From Eledone cirrhosa (lineage: Eukaryota): a stretch of 64,000 bases of DNA. A program made the position numbers and the translations under genes. The notes under the pieces were generated by a model. It had not been told where the DNA came from. It searched no databases and worked only from the letters and a program-made list of their open reading frames with translations. The stretch lies in the NCBI GenBank assembly GCA_964016885.1, contig OZ024758.1, forward strand, positions 23,684,001 through 23,748,000, given 5' to 3'. Each line of letters starts with the position of its first letter. Positions within the stretch are counted from its first letter, which is position 1. Below are positions 12,798-26,989 of the stretch, piece by piece.

Positions 12798-14044
12798 AAT
12801 AATAATAATAATAATAATAATAATGAAATTGTTTACAGTGCTCAGGTGCACTACAACTCGTCAAAGGTGCATGTATAGTACATAGAATAATGTACAAATA
12901 TCAGGAAAGTGAACAGTGAATGAGTCATGTTATACATGTGTGTGTATGGAGGGGGAATATCAGGTGTAGTGTTGGTGAATTTCAGGAGGCATGGAGGTTT
13001 TAAAGGATGCAGTGCCTTGGCAGCTAACAACTGATGCAGGGAGTTTGTTCCATGGAGGTTTTAAAGGATGCAGTGTCTTGGCAGCTAACAACTGATGCAG
13101 GGAGTTTGTTCCATGGAGGTTTTAAAGGATGCAGTGTCTCGACAGCTAACAACTGATGCAGGGAGTTTGTTCCATGGAGGTTTTAAAGGATGCAGTGTCT
13201 CGACAGCTAACAACTGATGCAGGGAGTCTGTTCCATGGAGGTTTTAAAGGATGCAGTGTCTCGACAGCTAACAACTGATGCAGGGAGTTTGTTCCATGGA
13301 GGTTTTAAAGGATGCAGTGTCTCGACAGCTAACAACTGATGCAGGGAGTTTGTTCCATGGAGGTTTTAAAGGATGCAGTGTCTTGTCAGCTTACAACTGA
13401 TGCAGGTAGTCTGTTCCATGGGGGTTTTAAAGGATGCAGTGTCTCGACAGCTAACAACTGATGCAGGTAGTTTGTTCCATGAAGGTTTTAAAGGATGCAG
13501 TGTCTTGTCAGCTAACAACTGATGCAGGTAGTTTGTTCCATGGAGGTTTTAAAGGATGCAGTGTCTCGACAGCTAACAACTGATGCAGGTAGTTTGTTCC
13601 ATGGAGGTTTTAAAGGATGCAGTGTCTCGACAGCTAACAACTGATGCAGGGAGTCTGTTCCATGGAGGTTTTAAAGGATGCAGTGTCTCGACAGCTAACA
13701 ACTGATGCAGGGAGTTTGTTCCATGGAGGTTTTAAAGGATGCAGTGTCTCGACAGCTAACAACTGATGCAGGTAGTTTGTTCCATGGAGGTTTTAAAGGA
13801 TGCAGTGTCTCGACAGCTAACAACTGATGCAGGGAGTCTATTCTATGGAGGTTTTAAAGGATGCAGTGTCTTGGCAGCTAACAACTGATGCAGGTAGTTT
13901 GTTCCATGGAGGTTTTAAAGGATGCAGTGTCTCGACAGCTAACAACTGATGCAGGTAGTATGTTCCATGGAGGTTTTAAAGGATGCAGTGTCTTGGCAGC
14001 TAACAACTGATGCAGGTAGTTTGTTCCATGCTTCAGCAACTCTG
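12798..14044 (-). mobile_element. CR1-type LINE 3' end (second 3' UTR copy at 34145-34278 +)
   Basis: - strand reads RVAEAWNKLPASVVSCQDTASFKTSM..., the CR1/L2 C-terminal WNxLP..VV..FK motif, followed by a UTR and (TTA)n tail. Confidence 0.75.
12990..14030. repeat. 61-bp minisatellite, about 17 copies, derived from the CR1 ORF end
   Basis: CATGGAGGTTTTAAAGGATGCAGTGTCTCGACAGCTAACAACTGATGCAGGGAGTTTGTTC repeated. Confidence 0.95.
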
Positions 14045-14061
14045 ATGTTCTTTGCTCTGAC

Positions 14062-14237
14062 CAGTGACGGATTTAGGACAAATGAGGCCCAGTGCTGGTT
14101 TGGATATGAGGCCCTGTACTTGGGCCCTGAAGGAAGTACATTCGATAGTCCTACTCAGGCAGTCATCAGGAAGATGCCCCCGGCCAACGGGGCCCTATGT
14201 TTAAGCCCACCTAAGCACAATGGTAAATCCAGCACTG
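14062..14237. mobile_element. hAT-like MITE
   Basis: TIRs CAGTGACGGATTTA / TAAATCCAGCACTG. 8-bp TSD GCTCTGAC at 14054-14061 and 14238-14245. Confidence 0.8.
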
Positions 14238-14298
14238 GCTCTGACCCAAGTGTTATGTCGTCCCATGTATGCGGGCACCAATTTCACGTATCATCTCC

Positions 14299-14525
14299 TT
14301 AACCCTTTAGCATTCAAACCGGCCGTATCCGACCAGAAATGTCTCACCTCTTTGTTTAAATCAGCTATAACTGGCCACTCATACTGATGTTAAGGTATTG
14401 TTCTCAAGATAGATAACATCAAAATCTCATAGATTCAATATTATATGAGATAATTATGTAAGATAAAGTGTTTACTACCAAAATACAAAAGTAAATATAT
14501 AGTAATGTGAATGCTAAAGTGTTAA
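14299..14525. mobile_element. piggyBac-like MITE
   Basis: TTAA-CCCTTTAGCATTC ... GAATGCTAAAGTG-TTAA. Confidence 0.75.
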
Positions 14526-15423
14526 AGATTACTTTAGTCTCAGGCTGAAAAGATCTAAAACCTTCCTATACTGCTGAATGAGCATGATTTTAAATAAGTA
14601 CCACGAATAGAAGTGGAAGCGCGTGGCCTAGTGGTAAGGGTGTTGGGCTTATGATCAGAATGTCATGGGTCGATTCCTGGACTGGGTTACGTGTTGTGTT
14701 CTTGCGGAAAACACTTCATTTCACATTGCTCCAGTATACTAAGTTGAAAATGAGTACCAGCAATAGCTGGGGGGTTTAACCTTGCGATGAACTGGCGTCC
14801 TGTCCACTGGGGAGACTTGTACTCTCAGTCGCTTGATGCCATGAAACCAGGATAAGCACCAGCCAAATGAGCCTTCTGGCTCAAGACAGACTTTAGACTT
14901 AGAGACCACGAATAACGCTGGATTCCTCACTAATCGGTCCAATTCGCCCCAACCCCCAGGATTTCTATGGTATATATCCACGAATCTGGTACCCTCACTC
15001 TACATTAAATGGCTTCTTATATCTTCCTATTATTGATGAATATTTCTCTCGACACATTACAGTAATACTGAACATAAGTAAGGAAATTATCACACATAAG
15101 CAGAGGATATCAAACGATGTAGATATTTCCAATATTTTCAGAGTATAAGCAAGAAAAAGTATCTCACATCAAAAGATGCAGATATTTTCGATATTTTTGA
15201 TATTTTTCCATGTTAGATCTTTTCAGCGTGAGACTAAAATAATCTTTAAGATGATATGTATAATTTTATTTGACATTACAAGATACTATTCCCCAGACTT
15301 GATATCATTCAAGAAATATGTCTTACATCAGTCTGATATATTCTAGTGACTAGTTTTTTATAGACTCATTTCAGCAACTCTGTTGAATTCCCAGTTGAAA
15401 TTATATTAGATTTATCACTTTTG

Positions 15424-15517
<94 letters not shown>

Positions 15518-15522
15518 ATGTG

Positions 15523-17794
15523 TGATCCAGCTCTGTGTTAGCTGATCTAACCCTGTGTTATCTGATCCAGCTCTGTGGTAGCTGATCCAACCCTGTGTTA
15601 TCTGATCCAGCCCTGTAGTATCTGATCCAGCCCTGTGTTATCTGATCCAACCCTGTGTTATCTGATCCAACCTTGTGTTATCTGATCCAACCCTGTATTA
15701 TCTGATCCAGCCCTGTAGTATCTGATCCAGCCCTGTGTTATCTGATCCAACCCTGTGTTATCTGATCCAACCCTGTGTTATCTGATCCAACCCTGTGTTA
15801 TCTGATCCAACCCTGTGTTATCTGATCCAACCCTGTGTTATCTGATCCAGCCCTGTGTTATCTGATCCAGCCCTGTGGTATCTGATCCAGCCCTGTGTTA
15901 TCTGATCCAGCCCTGTGTTATCTGATCCAACCCTGTGGTATCTGATCCAGCCCTGTGTTATCTGATCCAACCCTGTGTTATCTGATCCAGCCCTGTGTTA
16001 TCTGATCCAGCCCTGTGTTATCTGATCCAGCCCTGTGTTATCTGATCCAGCCCTGTGTTATCTGATCCAGCCCTGTGTTATCTGATCCAACCCTGTGTTA
16101 TCTGATCCAACCCTGTGTTATCTGATCCAACCCTGTGTTATCTGATCCAGCCCTGTGTTATCTGATCCAGCCCTGTGTTATCTGATCCAACCCTGTGTTA
16201 TCTGATCCAGCCCTGTGTTATCTGATCCAACCCTGTGTTATCTGATCCAGCCCTGTGTTATCTGATCCAACCCTGTGTTATCTGATCCAGCCCTGTGGTA
16301 TCTGATCCAGCCCTGTGTTATCTGATCCAGCCCTGTGTTATCTGATCCAGCCCTGTGGTATCTGATCCAGCCCTGTGTTATCTGATCCAACCCTGTGTTA
16401 TCTGATCCAGCCCTGTGTTATCTGATCCAACCCTGTGTTATCTGATCCAACCCTGTGTTATATGATCCAACCCTGTGTTATATGATCCAACCCTGTGTTA
16501 TCTGATCCAACCCTGTGTTATATGATCCAACCCTATGTTATCTGATTCAGCCCTGTGTTATCTGATTCAGCCCTGTGTTATCTGATTCAGCCCTGTGTTA
16601 TCTGATCCAACCTTGTGTTATCTGATCCAACCCTGTATTATCTGATCCAGCCCTGTAGTATCTGATCCAGCCCTGTGTTATCTGATCCAACCCTGTGTTA
16701 TCTGATCCAACCCTGTGTTATCTGATCCAACCCTGTGTTATCTGATCCAACCCTGTGTTATCTGATCCAACCCTGTGTTATCTGATCCAGCCCTGTGTTA
16801 TCTGATCCAGCCCTGTGGTATCTGATCCAGCCCTGTGTTATCTGATCCAGCCCTGTGTTATCTGATCCAACCCTGTGGTATCTGATCCAGCCCTGTGTTA
16901 TCTGATCCAACCCTGTGTTATCTGATCCAGCCCTGTGTTATCTGATCCAGCCCTGTGTTATCTGATCCAGCCCTGTGTTATCTGATCCAGCCCTGTGTTA
17001 TCTGATCCAGCCCTGTGTTATCTGATCCAACCCTGTGTTATCTGATCCAACCCTGTGTTATCTGATCCAACCCTGTGTTATCTGATCCAGCCCTGTGTTA
17101 TCTGATCCAGCCCTGTGTTATCTGATCCAACCCTGTGTTATCTGATCCAGCCCTGTGTTATCTGATCCAACCCTGTGTTATCTGATCCAGCCCTGTGTTA
17201 TCTGATCCAACCCTGTGTTATCTGATCCAGCCCTGTGGTATCTGATCCAGCCCTGTGTTATCTGATCCAGCCCTGTGTTATCTGATCCAGCCCTGTGGTA
17301 TCTGATCCAGCCCTGTGTTATCTGATCCAACCCTGTGTTATCTGATCCAGCTCTGTGTTATCTGATCCAGCTCTGTGTTATCTGATCCAACCCTGTGTTA
17401 TCTGATCCAACCCTGTGTTATATGATCCAACCCTGTGTTATATGATCCAACCCTGTGTTATCTGATCCAACCCTGTGTTATATGATCCAACCCTATGTTA
17501 TCTGATTCAGCCCTGTGTTATCTGATTCAGCCCTGTGTTATCTGATTCAGCCCTGTGTTATCTGATCCAACCCTGTGTTATCTGATTCAGCCCTGTGTTA
17601 TCTGATTCAGCTCTCTGTTATCTGATTCAGCTCTCTGTTATCTGATCCAACCCTGTGTTATCTGATTCAGCTCTCTGTTATCTGATCCAACCCTGTGTTA
17701 TCTGATCCAACCCTATGTTATCTGATCCATCCCTGTGTTATCTGATCCAACCCTGTGTTATCTGATCCAACCCTGTGTTATCTGATCCAGCCCT
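15523..17794. repeat. 20-bp minisatellite TCTGATCCARCCCTGTGTTA, about 113 copies
   Basis: Direct reading. Confidence 0.97.
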
Positions 17795-18173
17795 ATATAT
17801 ATACACATTTTAGTGCAGCATCAACGAAGCTTTAGGTTGCAGCCAAGCTAACCAATGCAGTTTCGGTGTGCATCTAAGCACTCAATGGAGAATTTTACCC
17901 CAGAGTTATAACATTACGTCTAGACAGCTTTGCAAATCAAATACAGCGACCGATAGGCTGGCCGCTTAGACCATAGCGACGAAAAAAAACTGAACTCAGG
18001 AAAAATATTTGACTGACCTGGACCGTTGCGTAGACATTACATGCAACACATAATGTGTACCATACAATACACATCACATGCAACACATAATGTGTACCAT
18101 ACAATACACATCACATGCAACATACAACATTTCCGCTAGGTTTCTGTAAATCCGAAATCAACAATATGTATAT

Positions 18174-18352
18174 ACATGGACACACTAGAAGAGGAAGACC
18201 AAGGTTAACGTATGTTGATGCCCTAAGGACAGACACTGGTCTGTTGGAGACGCAGGACATGGCAGTGATAATGAGGGACAGAGACCGCTGGAGAGAACTC
18301 GTCCATGGATCTCGGGAATTTTACCCGCCTTAGATAGATAGATAGATAGATA
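18174..18352 (+). mobile_element. RTE-type LINE 3' fragment with (TAGA)n tail
   Basis: HGHTRRGRPRLTYVDALRTDTGL..MRDRDRWR; near identical to 26798-26955. Confidence 0.8.
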
Positions 18353-18615
18353 GATGTATATATGGATGGATATGTAAATATATATTTTTCTTAATTTGTT
18401 CTTAAATTGGGTCCAGCAAACCCCATTGTCTGTAGTTAGTATTTTTTCCACCTTAGCGATTTTGGTCCATTACGATTTGAACACATATATATATATATGT
18501 CTGCGCTCGTTTTTCCTTTTTGTTCAGTTATATACGGCTCGGAAAAGCCTTTTTCCTAGAGCTAATTTACTGTAATGAGACTATTTTGAGTTTCTAACTC
18601 AATACAAGCTTTTGA

Positions 18616-18694
<79 letters not shown>

Positions 18695-18721
18695 AAGTGG
18701 TTACACAACAGTTAGTTCACC

Positions 18722-18767
18722 ATACCGAGAACAATTGTTTCACCTTAGCGGATCCTCAGCTCGTTAT
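18722..18767 (-). ncRNA. Minimal type I hammerhead ribozyme motif
   Basis: On - strand: ATAACGAG-CTGAGGA-TCCGCTAAGGT-GAAA-CAATTG-TT-CTCGGTAT. Confidence 0.75.
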
Positions 18768-19075
18768 ACGGCATGGTTATACGGAACAGTTATATATATA
18801 GAGAGATATATATACACATATCCATCCATATATATATATAGATGGATATGTAAATATCTCGATATCAGGAATATATTAGCACCAGAGCAGAAAGGGTAGA
18901 GAGGATGAAATAAAGCCAGATAAAATCAATGCTACAGAAATAATATAGATATCTCATCGTGGTGTAAATCCAGTATAAGATGCCTGTGGCATAACTTTTC
19001 CTTTCTCAATGATAGATTAATTATAAATGGTGAGGATAGAGGAGACTGTAAACAGATCAACAAAGTAAACTGACA

Positions 19076-19938
19076 CTCCGTCGGTTACGACGATGAGTGT
19101 TCCAGTTGATCTGATCAATAGAACAGCCTGCTTATATACATCTCTCTCTCTCTCTCTCTCTCTCTGGCATTCCGTCGGTTACGACGATGAGTGTTCCAGT
19201 TGATCTGATCAACGGAACAGCCTGCTTATATACATCTCTCTCTCTCTCTCTCTGGCATTCCGTCGGTTACGACGATGAGTGTTCCAGTTGATCTGATCAA
19301 TAGAACAGCCTGCTTATATACATCTCTCTCTCTCTCTCTCTGGCATTCCGTCGGTTACGACGATGAGTGTTCCAGTTGATCTGATCAACGGAACAGCCTG
19401 CTTATATACATCTCTCTCTCTCTCTCTCTCTCTGGCATTCCGTCGGTTACGACGATGAGTGTTCCAGTTGATCTGATCAATAGAACAGCCTGCTTATATA
19501 CATCTCTCTCTCTCTCTCTCTCTCTGGCATTCCGTCGGTTACGACGATGAGTGTTCCAGTTGATCTGATCAATAGAACAGCCTGCTTATATACATCTTTC
19601 TCTCTCTCTCTCTCTCTGGCATTCCGTCGGTTACGACGATGAGTGTTCCAGTTGATCTGATCAACGGAACAGCCTGCTTATATACATCTCTCTCTCTCTC
19701 TCTGGCATTCCGTCGGTTACGACGAGGAGTGCTCCAGTTGATCTGATCAACGGAACAGCCTGCTTATATACATCTCTCTCTCTCTCTCTCTGGCATTCCG
19801 TCGGTTACGACGATGAGTGTTCCAGTTGATCTGATCAATAGAACAGCCTGCTTATATACATCTTTCTCTCTCTTTCTCTGGCATTCCGTCGGTTACGACG
19901 ATGAGTGTTCCAGTTGATCTGATCAATAGAACAGCCTG

Positions 19939-19945
<7 letters not shown>
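19076..19945. repeat. Tandem of about 90 bp (10 copies) of the SINE family 2 3' end plus variable (TC)n
   Basis: The unit is the reverse complement of 48740-48804. Confidence 0.9.
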
Positions 19946-19978
<33 letters not shown>

Positions 19979-19999
19979 AAAAAGTATAACCCCGAGGGG

Positions 20000-22735
20000 T
20001 TAAATCGACCCCAGTGCATGACTGCTACTTTATTTTATCGACCTCGTAAGGATGAAAGGCAAAGCTAACCTCGGCAGGATTTGAACTCAGAATGTAAAGG
20101 GCCATAACTCTGTGCTGTGAAGCGTGTTGTCTGACGCTCTACTGATACTGCCAAAGATATCTCACCATGGTGTAAATCCAGTATAAGATGCCAGTGGTAT
20201 AACTTTTCCTTTCTAAATGATCGATTACTTATAAATGGTGAGATACCAGAGACTGTATCATGGTCAGTCTCTAAAATTTTCAGCCGACCCTCGTAAAATA
20301 TCTTATGACAAACTAGATTATACTGTAAACTCTCAATCAATTTGAAAGCCTTCCTTTAACAAAACCGGAACAGAAAGCAACTATACAAATAAATCGCCTT
20401 GAATCAATTCCAGCTGGACGGCAACACTTCTCCAATATTCTTTTAAAATGTACACAATAACATCAATGAGTTGTGAGCAAAATTGTTTACCATGGAGAGA
20501 AAACTTATTTATATTTTTCTCGAAGAAATTTTCATTGAAAATGACACTTTCAGTCACATTCTACAGAAACCGTTCTTTTAAAACAAACTTCTAATACAAT
20601 TATATAAGAGAAATTTTCCATTATTGCGAATTATCTTGAGGCTTTTTCAGGCTTCTTTTGGAAAAATGTAAGTTTTTATGCCTGCTATGCAAGAAAATCA
20701 ATTCTCGTATAATGAGGAAAGCATTGAATTTTGTTAAATCTCATGCTATGATTTCATATTTTTTTTTCATTGATTCGTAAAAATAGAATAGATAATTGTA
20801 TATTTTGTTTTTGTTATTGTAATGTGGTGACATTATGAACTTGAACAGAAAATAAAGTATTTGGCTTCTTAATAAGAAGCATCTTTGAATCTTGTTACAT
20901 TCACTAGTCAAAAGCAATATTCACCAGTTAAAAAGCAAAAGTCCAAGATTCGCTTAAAAATGTAACTGCGACTACTGTCTGCCAAGTTTTCGATCGACAT
21001 GTCATACCAATGATTTCCTTTGAGCACAGGAGATCAATTCAAAATATAATCATTTAGATAGTTATTAAAAAAGCAATATTAAGAGTATATCTATAATTTA
21101 TTCATATATAAGGGCGTTGGATTGGCAGTATCGACAGTGTGTCTGACAACATGATTTGCAGCACAGAATGTCCCTTTATGTTCTGAGTTCAAATCCCGCT
21201 GCGATTAGTTTTGTCTTTTATCCTTACGGGGGTCGATAAAATAAAACACCAGTAATGCACTAGGGTCGATTTAATCGACTTACCCATCTTCCAAAACTGT
21301 TGACCTTGTGCCTAAACCAGAAGCCATGTACATGGTATATAACCAAATTAGTAATATATAATTGTTTCTACTTTTGGCACAAGGCCAGAAATTACCCAGT
21401 GCATTACTGGTACTTTATTTTATCGACCATGTAAGGATGAAAGGCAAAGTTAACCTCGGCAGGATTTGAACTCAGAATAGCAAGGGCTGTAACTCTATGC
21501 GTCAAAGCATGGCGTCCGACCCTCTTCCGATACTGCCAAATTAGCAATATATAATAATTACCTATAGCTATATTAGTACCAAAACAAAACCACCAAACGT
21601 TACACACTTAATGTTTAAAAAGATGTCTTTTAACGAATCTGGTGGAATTGGTAAACCCCCGAACAAAGCACAGTACGATATTTAGTTGCGTTTTTTAACG
21701 TTCTGAGCTTAAATTCCATTGGGGTCGACATTGTGTTTCAGTCTCCTAAGGTCGATAAAATAAGTTCCAGTAATATATTCAGGTAGATATTATCGACTTG
21801 ACGTTAATAGGAAATGTTTGAAATCTTAAGAAAATATTAACATTTGAAGGCATTCTCTGCTCTATTAACTATACGAAGATCGGCTGCAAAATTCTTAGGC
21901 TCTCCAAGATACTCTTTGAGATGTCACAGAACATTCAATACTGTTTTATCTAAAGTGATACTTTCTACGACAGTAGGGCGTGATTTAAGGCAGATTATGC
22001 TGCTATTTCTAGCAGGTCAAGTGATCGCATAAAGCCTCTCCTGTTGACTAGTTTTTCAGTCAAATTGTCCCAGCTGTGGTAAAGTTTAGTGTGTCGAATA
22101 CACTTGGCAGAAGAGATCCCGCTGTCAAAACAATCGATTCTTCCATAATTTTCCAACTTTCTAATAGTATACCGCTGTTTCTCACTTCACTCTGTCAACT
22201 CAATGTGCAAATAATTAGTTTTTTAAAAATTATTCCCATTGAAATTTCATTAATAAATTTAAAGACTTTGCATATTTTCTTGAAATGGAGTCTTATTTTT
22301 ATATTTTATTAATTTTTATTTCGTTTATTTTCTTGTTGAAATTATTGTTTTATAATTTAAACTAGTTTCTGAGTCATTTTCCACATTATCATCTGTTTCC
22401 AACATCAATGTCATAATCCTTTATAACAAATAATTGTTTCTACTTTTGGTACAAGGCCAGCAATTATCTCAGTGTATTACTGGTACTTTATTTTATCGAC
22501 CCCGTAAGGATGAAAGGCAAAGTTTACCTCGGCGGGATTTGACCTCTGAACATAAAGGGCTGTAACTCTTTGCTGCAAAGCATGGTGTCTGCCCTCTACC
22601 GAAACTGCCAATCCACCGCCCTTTATATCAAATAATTGTTTCTACTTTAGGCACAAGGCCTGCAATTACCCAGTGCATTACTGGTACTTTATTTTATCGA
22701 CCCCGTAAGGATGAAAGGCAAAGTTAACCTCGGCC
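20000..22735. mobile_element. Scattered SINE family 1 copies (20000-20153 -, 21111-21325 +, 21359-21538 -, 22430-22622 -, 22631-22735 -)
   Basis: Consensus matches. Confidence 0.85.
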
Positions 22736-23592
22736 CTTTATATCAAATAATGTTACATTACCAGTTTTCTTTCCTCCCGATGTTTTTCTTTCGTGGCAGT
22801 AGCACCAGAGCCAGACAAAAACACACACAAACATCTGAAACGCCAACTAAGTAAAGAAATTATTATGTGAGGGTCAGCTGAAAACTTCTTAAGTTAACCA
22901 AGATACTCTCATGGAATGACCAAATGAGGTTTATTTTTCAACAATAGTCCCTTGAAAGAAACAAAGCTGTTATTAATAAGAAGAGTTGGAATTAATGCAT
23001 GAACGATTTCACAGCTCTAGCATCACTCCTTCATAGGCTGACTAAGGTACTCTCATGGAATGACCAAATGAGGTTTATTTTTCAACAATAGTCCCTTGAA
23101 AGAAACAAAGCTGTTATTAATAAGAGCTTGAAATTAATGCATTCAAGGACCCCTGTATAACATTCTAATTACCACCAACATCTAATATTTCCCTACTCTT
23201 CTCTTATAATCAAAAATACTTAATACCTTAAGAAACAATTTAAACTGTTGCTTAGTGAACTACCTATCGAAATACAATAACAAAAGCATGCAAAACCTTC
23301 AGCTTCCCAACCGGTGTACCCCAAAATTCATTTCCTCTTCACTACATTTCCGCATCTTTACAATACATATATCTTGCTTCGTTATAGTCACATGTTTCTC
23401 AAATATCAAATACAGTTGCATACTCCGACTCTATATTAACCATCTAGAAACGTGACTCTAAAGAGATTTAAAGTAACATCTAATTTAGAACGCTGACGCT
23501 TAGTTAAAAAATGATGTTGATGGTGATAACGACGAGTATCTATCAACTTCGCCATATTTCTTCTTACCAGCAACAAAGACCCCCCCCCCTCC

Positions 23593-23692
<100 letters not shown>

Positions 23693-24604
23693 GTACACAC
23701 ACACGTACACACACACGTACACACACCTACCTACCTTCCTTCCTTCCTGCCTGCCTGCCTTCCTTCCTTCCTTCCTTCCTCCCTTCCTTCCTTCCGTCCT
23801 TCCTTCCTTCTTTCTTTCTTTCTTTCCTTCTTTCCTTCTTTCCTTCTTTCCTTCTTTCCTTCTTTCTTTCCTTCCTTCCTTTCTTTCTTTCTTTCTTTCC
23901 TTCTTTCCTTCTTTTTTTCCTTTCTTTCTTTCTTTCTTTCCTTCCTTCCTTCCTTCCTTCCTTCCTTCCTTCCTTCCTTCCTTCCTTCCTTCCTTCCTTC
24001 CTTCCATCCATCCATCCATCCATCCATCCAGCAACTTGCTACCATATTCAATTACAGAAACGTGCCACACATACATTCAACTAAAATACACTGAATTACA
24101 ATGTCTCAGTAGCATTCTCAGATCTGTATATTCACGATTTCATTCAATAACTGTTGTATTAATTAGCTTGTACTGCCATTGGCTTTTGATGATGATGCTA
24201 AATAATAATTCTTGTACTCAACGGTCGTATGCTTTAGTATGTTATCTCTACTACACTTTGAATATCTTAATTATGTAATCCAGACAATAATATATTAACT
24301 GGAAAAAATGAAACGATATTTCATTTCCCACTCTTAGTACGGCTGTTACTTAAATATAACCCTAACCCTAACTCTCTTATTAAATAAAATTCTTGGAAGC
24401 TATTTTAAATAAATACACCATCAAGTCTGTAGTACACGACTAAGCCATTTCGTGATGTCATTATGTTAAAATTGTCGTGTTACTTCTATCGATACTGAAT
24501 GGCAAAGGGAGATAATTTCGAGAAATTAAAAACAAATTTACAGTGAATTTACATGCTAAGAGAAAGTGAATCAGTGTTTTATTTTATTTATTTTTTTTTT
24601 GTTT

Positions 24605-25548
24605 AGGAGGTGAGAGGTAGACATGGTCGTGTGTTTCGGAGGAGGTGAGAGGTAGACATGGTCGTGTGTTTCGGAGGAGGTGAGAGGTAGACATGGTCGT
24701 GTGTTTCGGAGGAGGTGAGAGGTAGACATGGACGTGTGTTTCGGAGTAGGTGAGAGGTAGACATGGACGTGTGTTTCGGAGGAGATGAGAGGTAGACATG
24801 GACGTGTGTTTCGGAGGAGGTGAGAGGTAGACATGGTCGTGTGTTTTGGAGGAGGTGAGAGGTAGACATGGTCGTGTGTTTAGGAGGTGAGAGGTAGACA
24901 TGGTCGTGTGTTTTGGAGGAGGTGAGAGGTAGACATGGTCGTGTGTTTCGGAGGAGGTGAGAGGTAGACATGGACGTGTGTTTCGGAGGAGGTGAGAGGT
25001 AGACATGGACGTGTGTTTCGGAGGAGATGAGAGGTAGACATGGTCGTGTGTTTCGGAGGAGATGAGAGGTAGACATGGTCGTGTGTTTAGGAGGTGGTGA
25101 GAGGTAGACATGGTCGTGTGTTTCGGAGGAGGTGAGAGGTAGACATGGTCGTGTGTTTCGGAGGAGATGAGAGGTAGACATGGTCGTGTGTTTCGGAGGA
25201 GATGAGAGGTAGACATGGACGTGTGTTTCGGAGGAGGTGAGAGGTAGACATGGCCGTGTGTTTCTGAAGTGAGAGCTAGACATGGACGTGTGTTTCGGAG
25301 GAGGTGAGAGGTAGACATGGCCGTGTGTTTCTGAAGTGAGAGCTAGACATGGACGTGTGTTTCTGAAGTGAAAGCTAGACATGGACGTGTGTTTCGGAGG
25401 AGGTGAGAGGTAGACATGGCCGTGTGTTTCTGAAGTGAGAGCTAGACATGGACGTGTGTTTCTGAAGTGAAAGCTAGACATGGACGTGTGTTTCTGAAGT
25501 GAGAGCTAGACATGGACGTGTGTTTCTGAAGTGAGAGCTGGACATGGT
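24605..25548. repeat. 35-bp minisatellite grading into a 32-bp variant
   Basis: GAGGAGGTGAGAGGTAGACATGG(T/A)CGTGTGTTTCG repeated. Confidence 0.95.
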
Positions 25549-26148
25549 GTTCTTTAGTTCGAACTAAAGAACTTTAGTTCGAACTAAAGAACACCAGACT
25601 ACGATCTCTAACTGGATTGTCGTGGATTATGTGAAAGGCATATAATCAAAATATACACTCCCTTGACCATGAAAATGCCGAAGTACATGAATTACTTGAC
25701 ATCCCTGCGCTGTGCATCTCCAATACTTATAACACTTTTAATGCTTGCACTATCTTTAATGCTTATAATATTTCTCCACACACAGACTATATCAATCATA
25801 TAAAGATTTTGCCACCAGATCTACCAACCTAACACTCTTATCTACCTACCTAAGTGCCTCTACCACACATATCTCTCTGCCACACTATATAAACAAGACG
25901 CACATGCGTGCCACACATATAACATTTGCACTATATAACCACTTATCTTCATGTTGTACTTTAACCTATATCTTTGATTTTTGATTGTACCTATTAATAT
26001 AAATGTAATCTCGAAGTGTGTACTGCCACTCTAAATTCTGTAATGAATGTTGACCCACAATGTTTGAATATGTATCAATGTTTGAATATGTATTGGTATG
26101 TCTCTCGGCTGAAAAGGAGGTCATATAACTGTCCATGCATTAATAAAT

Positions 26149-26195
26149 TGCTCCGAAGAATCCAAACCTCGGTTTGGAGGAAACAGCTGTAAGCA
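26149..26195 (+). ncRNA. Type I hammerhead motif with U4C core change
   Basis: TGCT-CCGAAGA-A-TCCAAACC(TC)GGTTTGGA-G-GAAA-CAGCTG-TA-AGCA. Confidence 0.7.
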
Positions 26196-26270
26196 CAATA
26201 ATGTTTTGAACAGTTCTTTGATTCTTATATTTCATATATATATATATATATATATGTATGTAAGTATGTC

Positions 26271-26323
<53 letters not shown>

Positions 26324-26353
26324 GCACTCACATACACATATATGTGTATGTAA

Positions 26354-26420
<67 letters not shown>

Positions 26421-26423
<3 letters not shown>

Positions 26424-26609
26424 CGAAGGAAATGTGGTAAGGAACCAGGTGGACCATAACGCACCAAAGTACTCAATACTTGAGGTAGTAGAGTGGGTAA
26501 TAGGAACCAGTAAGACCCCGACAGCTGAGCTCAAGCCGTTTCGACGGCTAATTCTCAGAATTAGCCGTCGAAACGGCTTGAGCTCAGCTGTCGGGGTCTT
26601 ACTGGTTCC

Positions 26610-26614
<5 letters not shown>
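26421..26614. mobile_element. Family C element with terminal fold-back (copies 26986-27178, 35648-35815, 46000-46117)
   Basis: Shared TAACGAAGGAAATGTGGTAAGGAACCAG end. The palindrome is centred on GACGGCTA..TAGCCGTC followed by GAAACGGCTTGAGCTC. Confidence 0.8.
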
Positions 26615-26650
<36 letters not shown>

Positions 26651-26703
26651 TGTATGTATATGTATGCGTGTATATGTATATACATATATAAATGCATATA
26701 TGT

Positions 26704-26952
26704 ATGTCAAAAGTGACACAGAGGAGACTGAGGTTAGCTGGACATGCTCACCGACATCCAGAGTTGACATTGCACTCAGTGCTCCTGTGGGAGCCCCTAC
26801 ATGGACACACTAGAAGAGGAAAACCAAGGTTAACGTATGTTGATGCCCTAAGGACAGACACTGGTCTGTTGGAGACGCAGGACATGGCAGCGATAATGAG
26901 GGACAGACACCGCTGGAGAGAACTCGTCCATGGATCTCGGGAATTTTACCCG

Positions 26953-26955
<3 letters not shown>
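26704..26955 (+). mobile_element. RTE-type LINE ORF C-terminal fragment
   Basis: RRLRLAGHAHRH..LLWEPLHGHTRRGKPRLTYVD..MRDRHRWR matches the RTE-clade C-terminus. Confidence 0.8.

Positions 26956-26989
<34 letters not shown>

Noticed and set aside
19076-19945. CRISPR-like repeat-spacer appearance (also 32691-33360)
   Set aside because: The spacers are only variable (TC)n or (TA)n, there are no cas genes, and the DNA is eukaryotic.
24357-24373. TAACCC telomere-like repeat
   Set aside because: Fewer than three units.
24571-25481. 244-292 aa repetitive ORFs
   Set aside because: Products of the 35-bp minisatellite.
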